In this document: in pieces, positions 15,696 to 23,339 of the stretch
Position numbering within the stretch: the first letter of the stretch is position 1
Layout of the letters: each line of letters begins with the position of its first letter
Assembly (NCBI GenBank): GCA_964570965.1
Contig: CAZNAX010000001.1
Coordinates: 105,469 to 169,468, forward strand
Direction: 5' to 3'
From: an uncultured Desulfatibacillum sp.
Lineage (GTDB): Bacteria; Desulfobacterota; Desulfobacteria; Desulfobacterales; SpSt-501
Length of the DNA: 64,000 nucleotides
Translations under genes and position numbers: made by a program
The notes under the pieces: generated by a model
Database searches by the model: none
What the model saw: the letters and a program-made list of their open reading frames with translations, nothing else
Told to the model about the DNA's origin: nothing

Positions 15696-17032
15696 GAAAG
15701 TCTCGCATCGAATGCCTCGTTAGAGGACTTGTCAGGATGCCACTCAAGAAAGATCGGATGCTGGAGGGCGTTGGTATCATCTCCTTCGGCTATGAAGGTG
15801 CGAGACTCGTACTTGATCCTAGCAACTCCAGCAATGCCACGATTGTTGGCCGCTCTACGAAGGACGTACCTACGTTGATCTTCGGTGAACCCGGATCCAC
15901 AATTGCAGATGTAGTGCATTGCTCCTTCGGGTCCGAATTGGTAGAGAGCCACAACACCCGGAAGATCCTTCAACCTACCTTTTCCGTAGCGACCACCGGG
16001 CTTGCCGCCGCTCCAGGTCATATCGGGATCAAACACTACGATGAAGTCTCCTTCCAGGATTGGTTTCCATTTCCAAGCTTCAGGTCGATCTTCACGTCCT
16101 CGAAAGTTGACGACAGCATCCCCGAAGATGGCCTCAGCGTCGTAGATCACCAGACCCTCGAGGCTCTCATCGCGAACAGTGATCATCAGTTCATCGAGAG
16201 GATTGTCGGAGGATACTGTAGTGAGTGTTTCCATGACCTGAAGGTATTGGAACTTCCTGCTACCGATCTTCCTGTACATGAAGTCGATCCATTCTCCTAC
16301 TGGAAGCTCTGCCATGATCTGCTTTCCAGCCCAGTAAGGAATTCCAAGAACGATAGCTGTTGGTCTGCGGAATGGGTCGTCTTGGAGAAGAACAGCTCTC
16401 TCTGGAAGACTCCTATCGAGAGTCTGCATCAGTCTCCTGTTGTCCATTCCGTTCTCCACGACGACAAGCTCTGTGAGAAGAATGGTCTTGGGCGGAAACT
16501 TGGCATTCGCGATCTCACGAGCGAGGTATGGATAGTTTGCCGTGCAAAGATCCATTCTCCTCGTGAAGATATGAACGTGATCGTCGTCGATGAAGATGGG
16601 ATGCATCATCCCGTCTCTTTTGATCGTGAAGATAGCCCTATCAGAATCGATAACCTCTTGCAGGCGGGCCATCTCCTTGCTTCCTTCTTCCGGCTGGTGA
16701 CGACACTTCATGAATCGAAGATTCTTGGCGGGGTTGGAGAAGTTGATCTCGTCATCCCTAGTGGATCTCAGAACCTCTCCAGTATTGGGGTCGACTTCTT
16801 GGTAGCCGAGTCGTTCGATCTTGTCCCTGATGTGACGATCGGCAACGAGTATAGCCTGCGTCTTGGCGTCCTTGTACCCCTTCGTTCCAAACTTGCCGAC
16901 AGGTCCGGGTCGATCATGAGTCTGCTTCATCTTCCCTCCGGCGATGCCGGATTCCATGAAAACTACCTCACCGTCGACACCGATCCTCCATTCGAGCGGG
17001 TTGATCTTACCACTTTGCCTGAACACTCTCAC
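15692..17032 (-). CDS. lig: ATP-dependent DNA ligase with an N-terminal WGR-like domain
   Basis: Motif I KRDG (16609-16620), III LLTELVV, IV EGLVIYD, V WKWKP, OB CGSGFT, VI HPIFLEWHPDK. The N-terminus EWRIGVDGEVV ... KGYKD ... LGYQEV resembles WGR. AGGAGG lies 8 nt before GTG 17032; the track start at 17041 overlaps the SD. Confidence 0.85.
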   Translation of the reverse strand: MRVFRQSGKINPLEWRIGVDGEVVFMESGIAGGKMKQTHDRPGPVGKFGTKGYKDAKTQAILVADRHIRDKIERLGYQEVDPNTGEVLRSTRDDEINFSNPAKNLRFMKCRHQPEEGSKEMARLQEVIDSDRAIFTIKRDGMMHPIFIDDDHVHIFTRRMDLCTANYPYLAREIANAKFPPKTILLTELVVVENGMDNRRLMQTLDRSLPERAVLLQDDPFRRPTAIVLGIPYWAGKQIMAELPVGEWIDFMYRKIGSRKFQYLQVMETLTTVSSDNPLDELMITVRDESLEGLVIYDAEAIFGDAVVNFRGREDRPEAWKWKPILEGDFIVVFDPDMTWSGGKPGGRYGKGRLKDLPGVVALYQFGPEGAMHYICNCGSGFTEDQRRYVLRRAANNRGIAGVARIKYESRTFIAEGDDTNALQHPIFLEWHPDKSSNEAFDARLS

Positions 17033-17067
17033 TTCAATCACCTCCTAACATCCGCTAGACCGATGCT

Positions 17068-17076
17068 CTTATAACA
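17068..17076 (-). promoter_or_regulatory. extended -10-like TGtTATAAG (minus strand) upstream of the ligase gene; the palindromic TTATAA core also gives plus-strand TATAAC upstream of gene 17096
   Basis: Plus-strand cttataaca at 17068-17076. It lies 35 nt from GTG 17032 and 20 nt from ATG 17096. Confidence 0.35.
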
Positions 17077-17095
17077 GGTTTGAGGAGATCATAAG

Positions 17096-17314
17096 ATGAG
17101 CGAACCAAAGATCAAAGTGCTTGTTGAGAACGTAGATGGCCTGACCAGACGTCAGGTAGTAGACGAAGTAGTAGAGCGTGAGCTGAACGAGTTCAATAGT
17201 TGGTTTACCGAAACGTTCAGAGGTGCAGCGCCAATGGCTAGCTTCGAGAAAGCTATGGTGAAGAGCTACGTGATGTGGAAGATCAAAGATCAGATTGAGG
17301 CGATCAAGAGCTAA
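17096..17314 (+). CDS. hypothetical protein
   Basis: 72 aa; GAGGAG SD. Confidence 0.65.
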   Translation: MSEPKIKVLVENVDGLTRRQVVDEVVERELNEFNSWFTETFRGAAPMASFEKAMVKSYVMWKIKDQIEAIKS

Positions 17315-17428
17315 TAAATTCTGGGCGCAGCCCGCGTGTGCGTTGCGTCTTGACGTTTCAGCTGCCCGAGGTTCCTCACAATACTTATACCGATCTAATG
17401 GAGAAACCTACGGAGGCTCTCCACGCGT

Positions 17429-17794
17429 TCATCGGGCCTTCCTTCGGGCTTTCGCCCTTTGCTCCCTCTTTTTCCTTCTTTCCTCCTCCTTCTTTCTTCT
17501 CTCGAGTTCCCCCTTGAGCGCCATGATGACGCTCGCGAGGGTCCCTTGTACGGCGGCATTCTTCTTGTTGGCGGTCTTCGCCGCCGCCTTGAACAGAGCG
17601 GCCATCTTCTTCTGCGCCTCTAGCGACTTCGATCGTTCTTCTTGTCGGGCGCTTCTCACCTGGTACTCGCTGTCTGCGTCACAGACATCGAGCACCATCT
17701 CCAATGCCGCTCCCGCAGCTATGATCGGGCCGCCAAGCCCGTCAGCGGCGAACTGCCCCAGTGATTCGAGGCAGAAGTATAGTGGGTTTGCCAT
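17429..17794 (-). CDS. hypothetical protein with a highly basic Lys/Arg/Glu C-terminal tail
   Basis: 121 aa; AAGGAGG SD before the ATG. The plus-strand ORF 17295..17831 opposite it is low-complexity and lacks an SD. Confidence 0.65.
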   Translation of the reverse strand: MANPLYFCLESLGQFAADGLGGPIIAAGAALEMVLDVCDADSEYQVRSARQEERSKSLEAQKKMAALFKAAAKTANKKNAAVQGTLASVIMALKGELERRKKEEERRKKREQRAKARRKAR

Positions 17795-17818
17795 CTATAC
17801 TTCCTCCTTTCTATTGAT

Positions 17819-17828
17819 CTTATATACA
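17819..17828 (-). promoter_or_regulatory. -10-like TGTATATAAG (minus strand) upstream of gene 17429..17794
   Basis: TATAAG ends 24 nt before ATG 17794, in the 99-nt divergent spacer. Confidence 0.3.
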
Positions 17829-17893
17829 TGATGAGACAGCAATTTCTGCTCTAATGTGGTAACTTCACGTAAGAAGAGCGGAGAGTAGTCCCC

Positions 17894-20800
17894 ATGATGA
17901 GTTCGCAGCAGATCGCAGCGATGGCATCGCAGCAACAAGCGATGTTTGGAAACTTCCAATCGTATGCAGCGCAGATCACTCCTGCTTATGGAGCTGGTCC
18001 TGGAATGGGGGCTTTGAGACCTCCTGTCATGGGCGGCTATCACACTGGATCCCCACCAATGATGCCCCCACCCCCACCTCCAATGCCCGGTCTCAACATG
18101 GGTTACGGGGGCGGAATGATGCAGATGGCCACAATGATGCCGTATGCGTCTCCGCAGATGGGAATGCAGCAGGTGATGGGGGAGCAACTTGCCGGATCTT
18201 TTACGGGCGGATTATCCACTGTGGGGTCGGGTCTCGCTCGTATTGGCGGATACGGTGCTCTCGGAGCTGCTGGCCTGAGCATGCTCGGTATGGGCGGAAT
18301 GGGTATGGCAGCTCTTGGCGGCCTACCTGGAATGGCAGTTGTGGGCGGCCTAGAAGCAGGGGCCTACGGCCTCAGTCAGATGCATGCCGGCTTCCAAGAA
18401 CGACAGAATGTGAACAGAGTTCTTCGCCAACGCTTTGGCGGAATGATGGGGATCGGCGGTGGTCGTGGTGGGATGGGGTTCAATACCCAGGAGATGGGTC
18501 AAGTTTCTTCGATGGTTCGTGGCATGGCAGATCAAGACATGTACACGAGCTTTGATGAGCTGACGCGGTTGATGGATCGTACAGCGCAGATGGGGTTGTA
18601 CAGAGGAGTACAAGGAGCGCGGCAGTTCCAGACCAGGTTCAAGGAGACAGTTGCTTCGCTGACAGAGATCGCGAAGACAATGCATACCTCCCTCGAAGGC
18701 GCCACTCAGTTCTTCGAGCAGGCCAGAGGACAGGGCTTCTTCTCTGGAAGAGACATCACAGCGACGTTGACGCAGACCAGGATGGCTGCAGGAGCCTCTG
18801 GTATGTCCATGGATCAGATGATGTCTATCAGAAACCAGGGTACCCAGATGGGACGCATGATGGGTATGCGTGGCCGAACTGGAGCTGGAGCCATGATGCA
18901 GATGGCTACCAACATCGGGGTTGGTATGCAGACCGGTGCCATCAGCGATGAATTGATCTCAGAGGCTACTGGCGGATTGATGGGTGCCGAAGGCGCGCAA
19001 GCTGCTGCCGGTATGATGATGCAGTCAAACGCTAGATGGCTACGAAGAGGTGCCGGCCGTGTGATGTTGGCAGGACTTTGGGATCCAGCAACGGGTGGAA
19101 TCAACAGAGAACGTCTAGCTCAGGTAATGTCCGGGGGAATGAGCTTCCAGGACGTTCGAGCTATGGGTCGTGCGAACATATCCGGAACTGGTGGTAGGAG
19201 ATCAGAGTTCTTTGCTAACGAAGAGCGACTTGGAGGTATGCTTCAGGAAGCGGGAGGTGGGGCGATTCAATTTGGAATGCTAGAGGAGCATATCAGAGCT
19301 CGTCGTGGAGTTACCTCAGACGATCCTATCGGTGAGCGATTCATTCGTAGACAGACTGGCTGGTCTCAAGCCGAGTTCGAGCTTCAGCGTGCAGCGTACA
19401 GAAACCTTCCCAGGATCCTCGAAGATAGATCTATGAGAGAGGCGCAGCAGAATGAAACAGCTATGCGTACTCGATCCATGGAGGGGAGGGGTGTTGCTGG
19501 AGCGCAGAGGCGTATACAGCATTGGTGGCAGACAGAGGTTACAAGTCCGATCAGGCAGATGGGTGATGACCTTGTAACTTCGTTCACAACGAAGGTTGAT
19601 GAGATCTTCAATCAGATGGAAGGAAACGTGAAGCTCACTATTTCTGAGCGTACTCAGGGTCTATTGACTGAGTATGCTAGAACAGGTGAACTCGGCAAAG
19701 ATCTTATGTCCTTCAAGCGCTATCAGGAACTTAGTCGGAAGCTAAGAACTACTAGTGATGAGGGTGGGTTTTGGGGAGGTGTTGGTCGGTCATTGGGTAT
19801 GCGTCCTGGAACAATTGATGAGAGATTCAACGACATTGGAGGGTATCTATATAGTCGAGCCGGTAAGGGTCTAGACATTGGCGCCAAACTAACACAGAAA
19901 CAGAAGGAAGATTTCATCAATAAGTATTACGAAGAATCGAACATGAGCGCATCTGAACTTGGATTTACTAGCGATCAAATACAGAAGCTTAGTGGGCGTG
20001 CAAGTCAGATACTGACGTCTAAGATCGGAACAGGAGCCAGACTTCAGGAGTTCCGAGAACAACTTAGTAGATTTCCTCTTATGTCAGGTGAGGAGAAAGA
20101 TCTTTTCTTCCAGACCAGACTTGATATGTACCAAAGCGGCGACCAAGATATCAAAAAGTTCTTCGCTAAGTTGAGTGGTAGTAGGGCGAAACAGTATGCT
20201 GGACTAGCTCAACTAGAACGTGGATTTGGTAAGGGCATTGAGATGCCCGTTGATGCGATGGGGGGTGTCAAATCCTATGAGACACTACGAACACAACTAA
20301 AGAGCGCAGCTGATAACGAAAAGTCTGTAATGAATCGACTAGCTGCTAAGCTTTTGGGTGGTGGATACGGTACTGAGTGGGCTTATCAAACTACAACTGA
20401 AAGGAAAGAGGGTACTGGGTGGTGGGGTACTAGTTTCATGGGAGAGTCTAAAGAGATAACGAAAAAGATTGCAGGAAAAAAGCTACTCGATGAAATAAGA
20501 ATGCGAGAAAATACGGGATTTATGGACCAGGATTCTAGCCTCGAAAGTAAAAGTAGCGCCCTAAGAAGATATGCCGTATCAATTACAGGTTTGATGTCCG
20601 ATGAGGGTACAAGAGATCTACTTATAAGAGCATCGAGGCCTGGCGGTGATCCTGCGGCACTAAAAAGGCTGCAGGAACTATCGAGGATGGACGAAAAACA
20701 GGCAAAAGATTTTGGTGTCAGCGATGTCGAGGCACTAGGCAAGCTCACTCAGAGAATCGCCAATGACGATACAAAGGTCAAGAACGATATATCAAGTCTA

Positions 20801-21709
20801 GCCGAGTCCTCAAATCTACGAGATATGATAGCCGTATCTCAGCGAGTAAAAGAATCAGGTGCGGCTCTGGATAAGTCGCTGCGGAACAACAGAGCTATTG
20901 TAGAGGCTGCGGACAAAGTATCACCAGAGACAATGAAATCGCTACAAGCTATCGCGGCTGCTGAATCTTCTGGTAACTGGGAAGCTGCTAATGAGCTTCG
21001 TAGTAAGTTCTATTCTGACTACATTGGAAAGCCTGGATCCGAATACCTAGCTGCAGCTCTACGGGCAGATCCTACTGGTGGATCTGTCAATTTGGGTGTT
21101 GGTATGCAGCGAGCTCTTCGTATACAAGGTGAGCTTACCGGGAAAAGGGGTACTGAGCTGGGTATTAGGGAGATGCTTAGCTCTGTTGGTCTAGACGAGA
21201 AGGCGTTTGGTGGTAAGGAGTTTGAGGCACTAGGTCGTAATCAGAAGCAGCGTATGAAAAAGCTGACTGGTATGATCACCAGTAAAGAGGGGATAACATC
21301 AGAACAGTTGACGACCTATCTTGGTGGAACAGCGGGAGACAAAAGTGCGATTGATGCGATTGCCGGTATGGGTGCTGGTACATTCAAAGATAGAACATCA
21401 TCCTGGCTAGAAAGCGGAAAAGACGGCTGGGATGCTAAAGAAGCCGCAGCATTGGCAGTAAGCTCAGGTGCAGAGGAGGCCCAACAGGGATCAATGGGGG
21501 GTACGCAAACTAGAAGTAGCCTTGCTGAAAAGCAATACGATATTCTCAAGAAGATGTTCGACTTTCAAGTAGTTCAATCGACGAAGGACGCTGGACTGAT
21601 CAAGGAACAGACTGATAATCTCATAGCTGCCATGGGATTGCAGTCGAAGACTACGGCCCCTGCTGGTGAGGGAACCTCTGAACAAATTCCAGGAGATTAT
21701 GCGGGGTAG
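17894..21709 (+). CDS. giant virion-module protein (1271 aa) with a Gly/Met/Pro-rich N-terminus; tape-measure-like or internal/ejected protein
   Basis: First gene of the long plus-strand operon. About 190 aa of low complexity (PPMMPPPPPPMPG, GGMGMAALGG), then a long helical-looking region. No enzyme motif accepted. Confidence 0.75.
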   Translation: MMSSQQIAAMASQQQAMFGNFQSYAAQITPAYGAGPGMGALRPPVMGGYHTGSPPMMPPPPPPMPGLNMGYGGGMMQMATMMPYASPQMGMQQVMGEQLAGSFTGGLSTVGSGLARIGGYGALGAAGLSMLGMGGMGMAALGGLPGMAVVGGLEAGAYGLSQMHAGFQERQNVNRVLRQRFGGMMGIGGGRGGMGFNTQEMGQVSSMVRGMADQDMYTSFDELTRLMDRTAQMGLYRGVQGARQFQTRFKETVASLTEIAKTMHTSLEGATQFFEQARGQGFFSGRDITATLTQTRMAAGASGMSMDQMMSIRNQGTQMGRMMGMRGRTGAGAMMQMATNIGVGMQTGAISDELISEATGGLMGAEGAQAAAGMMMQSNARWLRRGAGRVMLAGLWDPATGGINRERLAQVMSGGMSFQDVRAMGRANISGTGGRRSEFFANEERLGGMLQEAGGGAIQFGMLEEHIRARRGVTSDDPIGERFIRRQTGWSQAEFELQRAAYRNLPRILEDRSMREAQQNETAMRTRSMEGRGVAGAQRRIQHWWQTEVTSPIRQMGDDLVTSFTTKVDEIFNQMEGNVKLTISERTQGLLTEYARTGELGKDLMSFKRYQELSRKLRTTSDEGGFWGGVGRSLGMRPGTIDERFNDIGGYLYSRAGKGLDIGAKLTQKQKEDFINKYYEESNMSASELGFTSDQIQKLSGRASQILTSKIGTGARLQEFREQLSRFPLMSGEEKDLFFQTRLDMYQSGDQDIKKFFAKLSGSRAKQYAGLAQLERGFGKGIEMPVDAMGGVKSYETLRTQLKSAADNEKSVMNRLAAKLLGGGYGTEWAYQTTTERKEGTGWWGTSFMGESKEITKKIAGKKLLDEIRMRENTGFMDQDSSLESKSSALRRYAVSITGLMSDEGTRDLLIRASRPGGDPAALKRLQELSRMDEKQAKDFGVSDVEALGKLTQRIANDDTKVKNDISSLAESSNLRDMIAVSQRVKESGAALDKSLRNNRAIVEAADKVSPETMKSLQAIAAAESSGNWEAANELRSKFYSDYIGKPGSEYLAAALRADPTGGSVNLGVGMQRALRIQGELTGKRGTELGIREMLSSVGLDEKAFGGKEFEALGRNQKQRMKKLTGMITSKEGITSEQLTTYLGGTAGDKSAIDAIAGMGAGTFKDRTSSWLESGKDGWDAKEAAALAVSSGAEEAQQGSMGGTQTRSSLAEKQYDILKKMFDFQVVQSTKDAGLIKEQTDNLIAAMGLQSKTTAPAGEGTSEQIPGDYAG

Positions 21710-21712
21710 ATC

Positions 21713-22000
21713 ATGACGGTATACGGCGAATTTGGTTGGACTGCTTCTCCGACCGTTCAATCAATGGACGGTCCTGATTCTGACTACAGGCGCGAGAAGA
21801 CCATCACGAAGATGGTGGGTGGTAAGAAGGTAACACTGATCTTACGCGACACCATTGTTCCAGAAGATCCGTACTTGAACATGGTGTGGGCGGCAGCCTT
21901 CGTCTACACGGAGAATAGCGGTCCTAGTAATAGATTTCCGGTCACTCCAACAACCAGATCGATCAAAGATGCTTTGATCAAAACGAATCTAGTGATCTAG
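21713..22000 (+). CDS. hypothetical virion-module protein
   Basis: 95 aa; starts 4 nt after the upstream stop. Confidence 0.65.
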   Translation: MTVYGEFGWTASPTVQSMDGPDSDYRREKTITKMVGGKKVTLILRDTIVPEDPYLNMVWAAAFVYTENSGPSNRFPVTPTTRSIKDALIKTNLVI

Positions 22001-22010
22001 GGGTACAACA

Positions 22011-23339
22011 ATGGCTGTGTTTATCGAGGCTAGGACCGAACCATTCGCTGCAAGGCGCGAAGAGATGGCTAGTGGTATCCGTGATCACGGAAGATCACAT
22101 CCATACGTGCGTAGACCAACGCGAGGGTATCAGCTCAAGGAAGATGTCTTTGCGGTGATCAGGATCATGGGACCGGATGGTCGGTTCATGCCAGTGATAG
22201 ACGCTGCTGGTGAGGAGTATTCTGTCGAGACCAATAGTGGCATGACAACGTCCTACTCGAACTTCTTCATTCAGTCTGTCTCTGAGCAGCGACAGGAGAA
22301 GCAGCAGATCGTAGAGACGTTTGGTGATTCCTGGATCTTCTTCTTTGGTGAGGCGCCACGTCTTCTCCAAGTAGGCGGTTACCTTCTGAACACGGCCGAC
22401 TTCAACTGGAGAGCAGAGTTCTGGGAGAACTATGAGCGGTACTTCAGAGGGACCAGACTTGTCGAGCTAGGGGCGCGTCTATACTTGATGTACGACGATA
22501 TCATAGTTGAGGGGTACTTGATCAATGCCGCTGCACAGGAGTCCGCAGCACCAGCACCGGCAGTGCTCCAGTTCAACTTTCAGATGTTTGTCACTGGTTA
22601 CACTAACGTTTCTAGGATAGGTGATCCTAACTTTCCTGCTCCAACAAACTTGGACTACGCGCAGCTTTCTAGTTACGATCAGGCTATTCAGAGTTGGCAG
22701 AGGAATAGGAACCTACAACGCAATATCGCCGGTGAGACCATCAACGCAGCTAACAGAAGAGCGTACCAGCTAGGAGTTGGCGCACTGCTGGCGGACTCCC
22801 TTCGTGCGAACATGGTTGATGCCGGTGATCCATCCATCTCAGCGTTTGTTGCCAGAGCTTACATGGCGACCAGAGCCGTGGCCACACTGGCTCAGCTAGC
22901 TAGCAGTCCAGATTCAGTGACCAATGCATCTGTAAATCCTTACGAGGGAGTGAGCATGCAGGGGCCGATGCGTCAGCAGTTCACGCACAACATTGATGAG
23001 TACGTCAGCTCAGGAGAGGAGTCACGCTACGCCAATAGGCATTTTGCATATGAGCTGTCTATGGCTGAACGTTGGCAAGAGATGGATAGTCAGATGGATG
23101 CCGGTCTAGATGGGATGACATCAGGCGGATCGGACGCCGGAGGATCAGAGTTCTGGGATGTGATGGGGCGTGCAGGTAGAACACAGCAGCAGATCATTGA
23201 GAGTGGTGGAGATAGACTCGTATCCCAGAACATCAACCGTGGTATGTTTATCGGCGCCGCTAGTCGCAGTGGTAACCAAGCGGCTCTAGCCAGATCAATA
23301 CCGTTCGGGATGATGGTCATGCCAGGGGAGATGCTGTAG
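22011..23339 (+). CDS. hypothetical virion-module protein
   Basis: 442 aa; abuts the next gene (TAGATG). Confidence 0.7.
   Translation: MAVFIEARTEPFAARREEMASGIRDHGRSHPYVRRPTRGYQLKEDVFAVIRIMGPDGRFMPVIDAAGEEYSVETNSGMTTSYSNFFIQSVSEQRQEKQQIVETFGDSWIFFFGEAPRLLQVGGYLLNTADFNWRAEFWENYERYFRGTRLVELGARLYLMYDDIIVEGYLINAAAQESAAPAPAVLQFNFQMFVTGYTNVSRIGDPNFPAPTNLDYAQLSSYDQAIQSWQRNRNLQRNIAGETINAANRRAYQLGVGALLADSLRANMVDAGDPSISAFVARAYMATRAVATLAQLASSPDSVTNASVNPYEGVSMQGPMRQQFTHNIDEYVSSGEESRYANRHFAYELSMAERWQEMDSQMDAGLDGMTSGGSDAGGSEFWDVMGRAGRTQQQIIESGGDRLVSQNINRGMFIGAASRSGNQAALARSIPFGMMVMPGEML

Noticed and set aside
15590-17074. 494-aa plus-strand ORF, the longest ORF in this region on the plus strand
   Set aside because: It is antisense to the ligase gene. 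The minus-strand product has all six ligase motifs plus an SD. The plus-strand product has no motif, a Ser/Leu/Val-biased composition and no SD, so I treat it as a shadow ORF.
17384-17392. CGGTATAAG on the minus strand in the convergent gap 17315-17428, as a promoter for an antisense RNA to gene 17096-17314
   Set aside because: It has no TG extension, -35 or downstream ORF or structure. It is listed only as a motif occurrence in the TATAAG finding and is not called as a feature.
17440-17530. Pyrimidine-rich (plus strand) CTT/TCC/TTC tract that looks like a simple repeat
   Set aside because: It is explained by repeated Lys/Glu/Arg codons (RRKKEEERRKKRE) in the minus-strand gene, so it is not an independent repeat element.
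17295-17831. 178-aa plus-strand ORF with FFLLSSS repeats
   Set aside because: It is the low-complexity mirror of the Lys/Glu/Arg-rich tail of minus-strand gene 17429-17794, which has a proper AAGGAGG-ATG start.
20955-20985. AAAESSGNWEAANE in the 1271-aa protein, reminiscent of the lytic transglycosylase E-S-x-G-N motif
   Set aside because: The downstream GLMQ/aromatic motifs are not found at the expected spacing. There is too little evidence to call an SLT domain.
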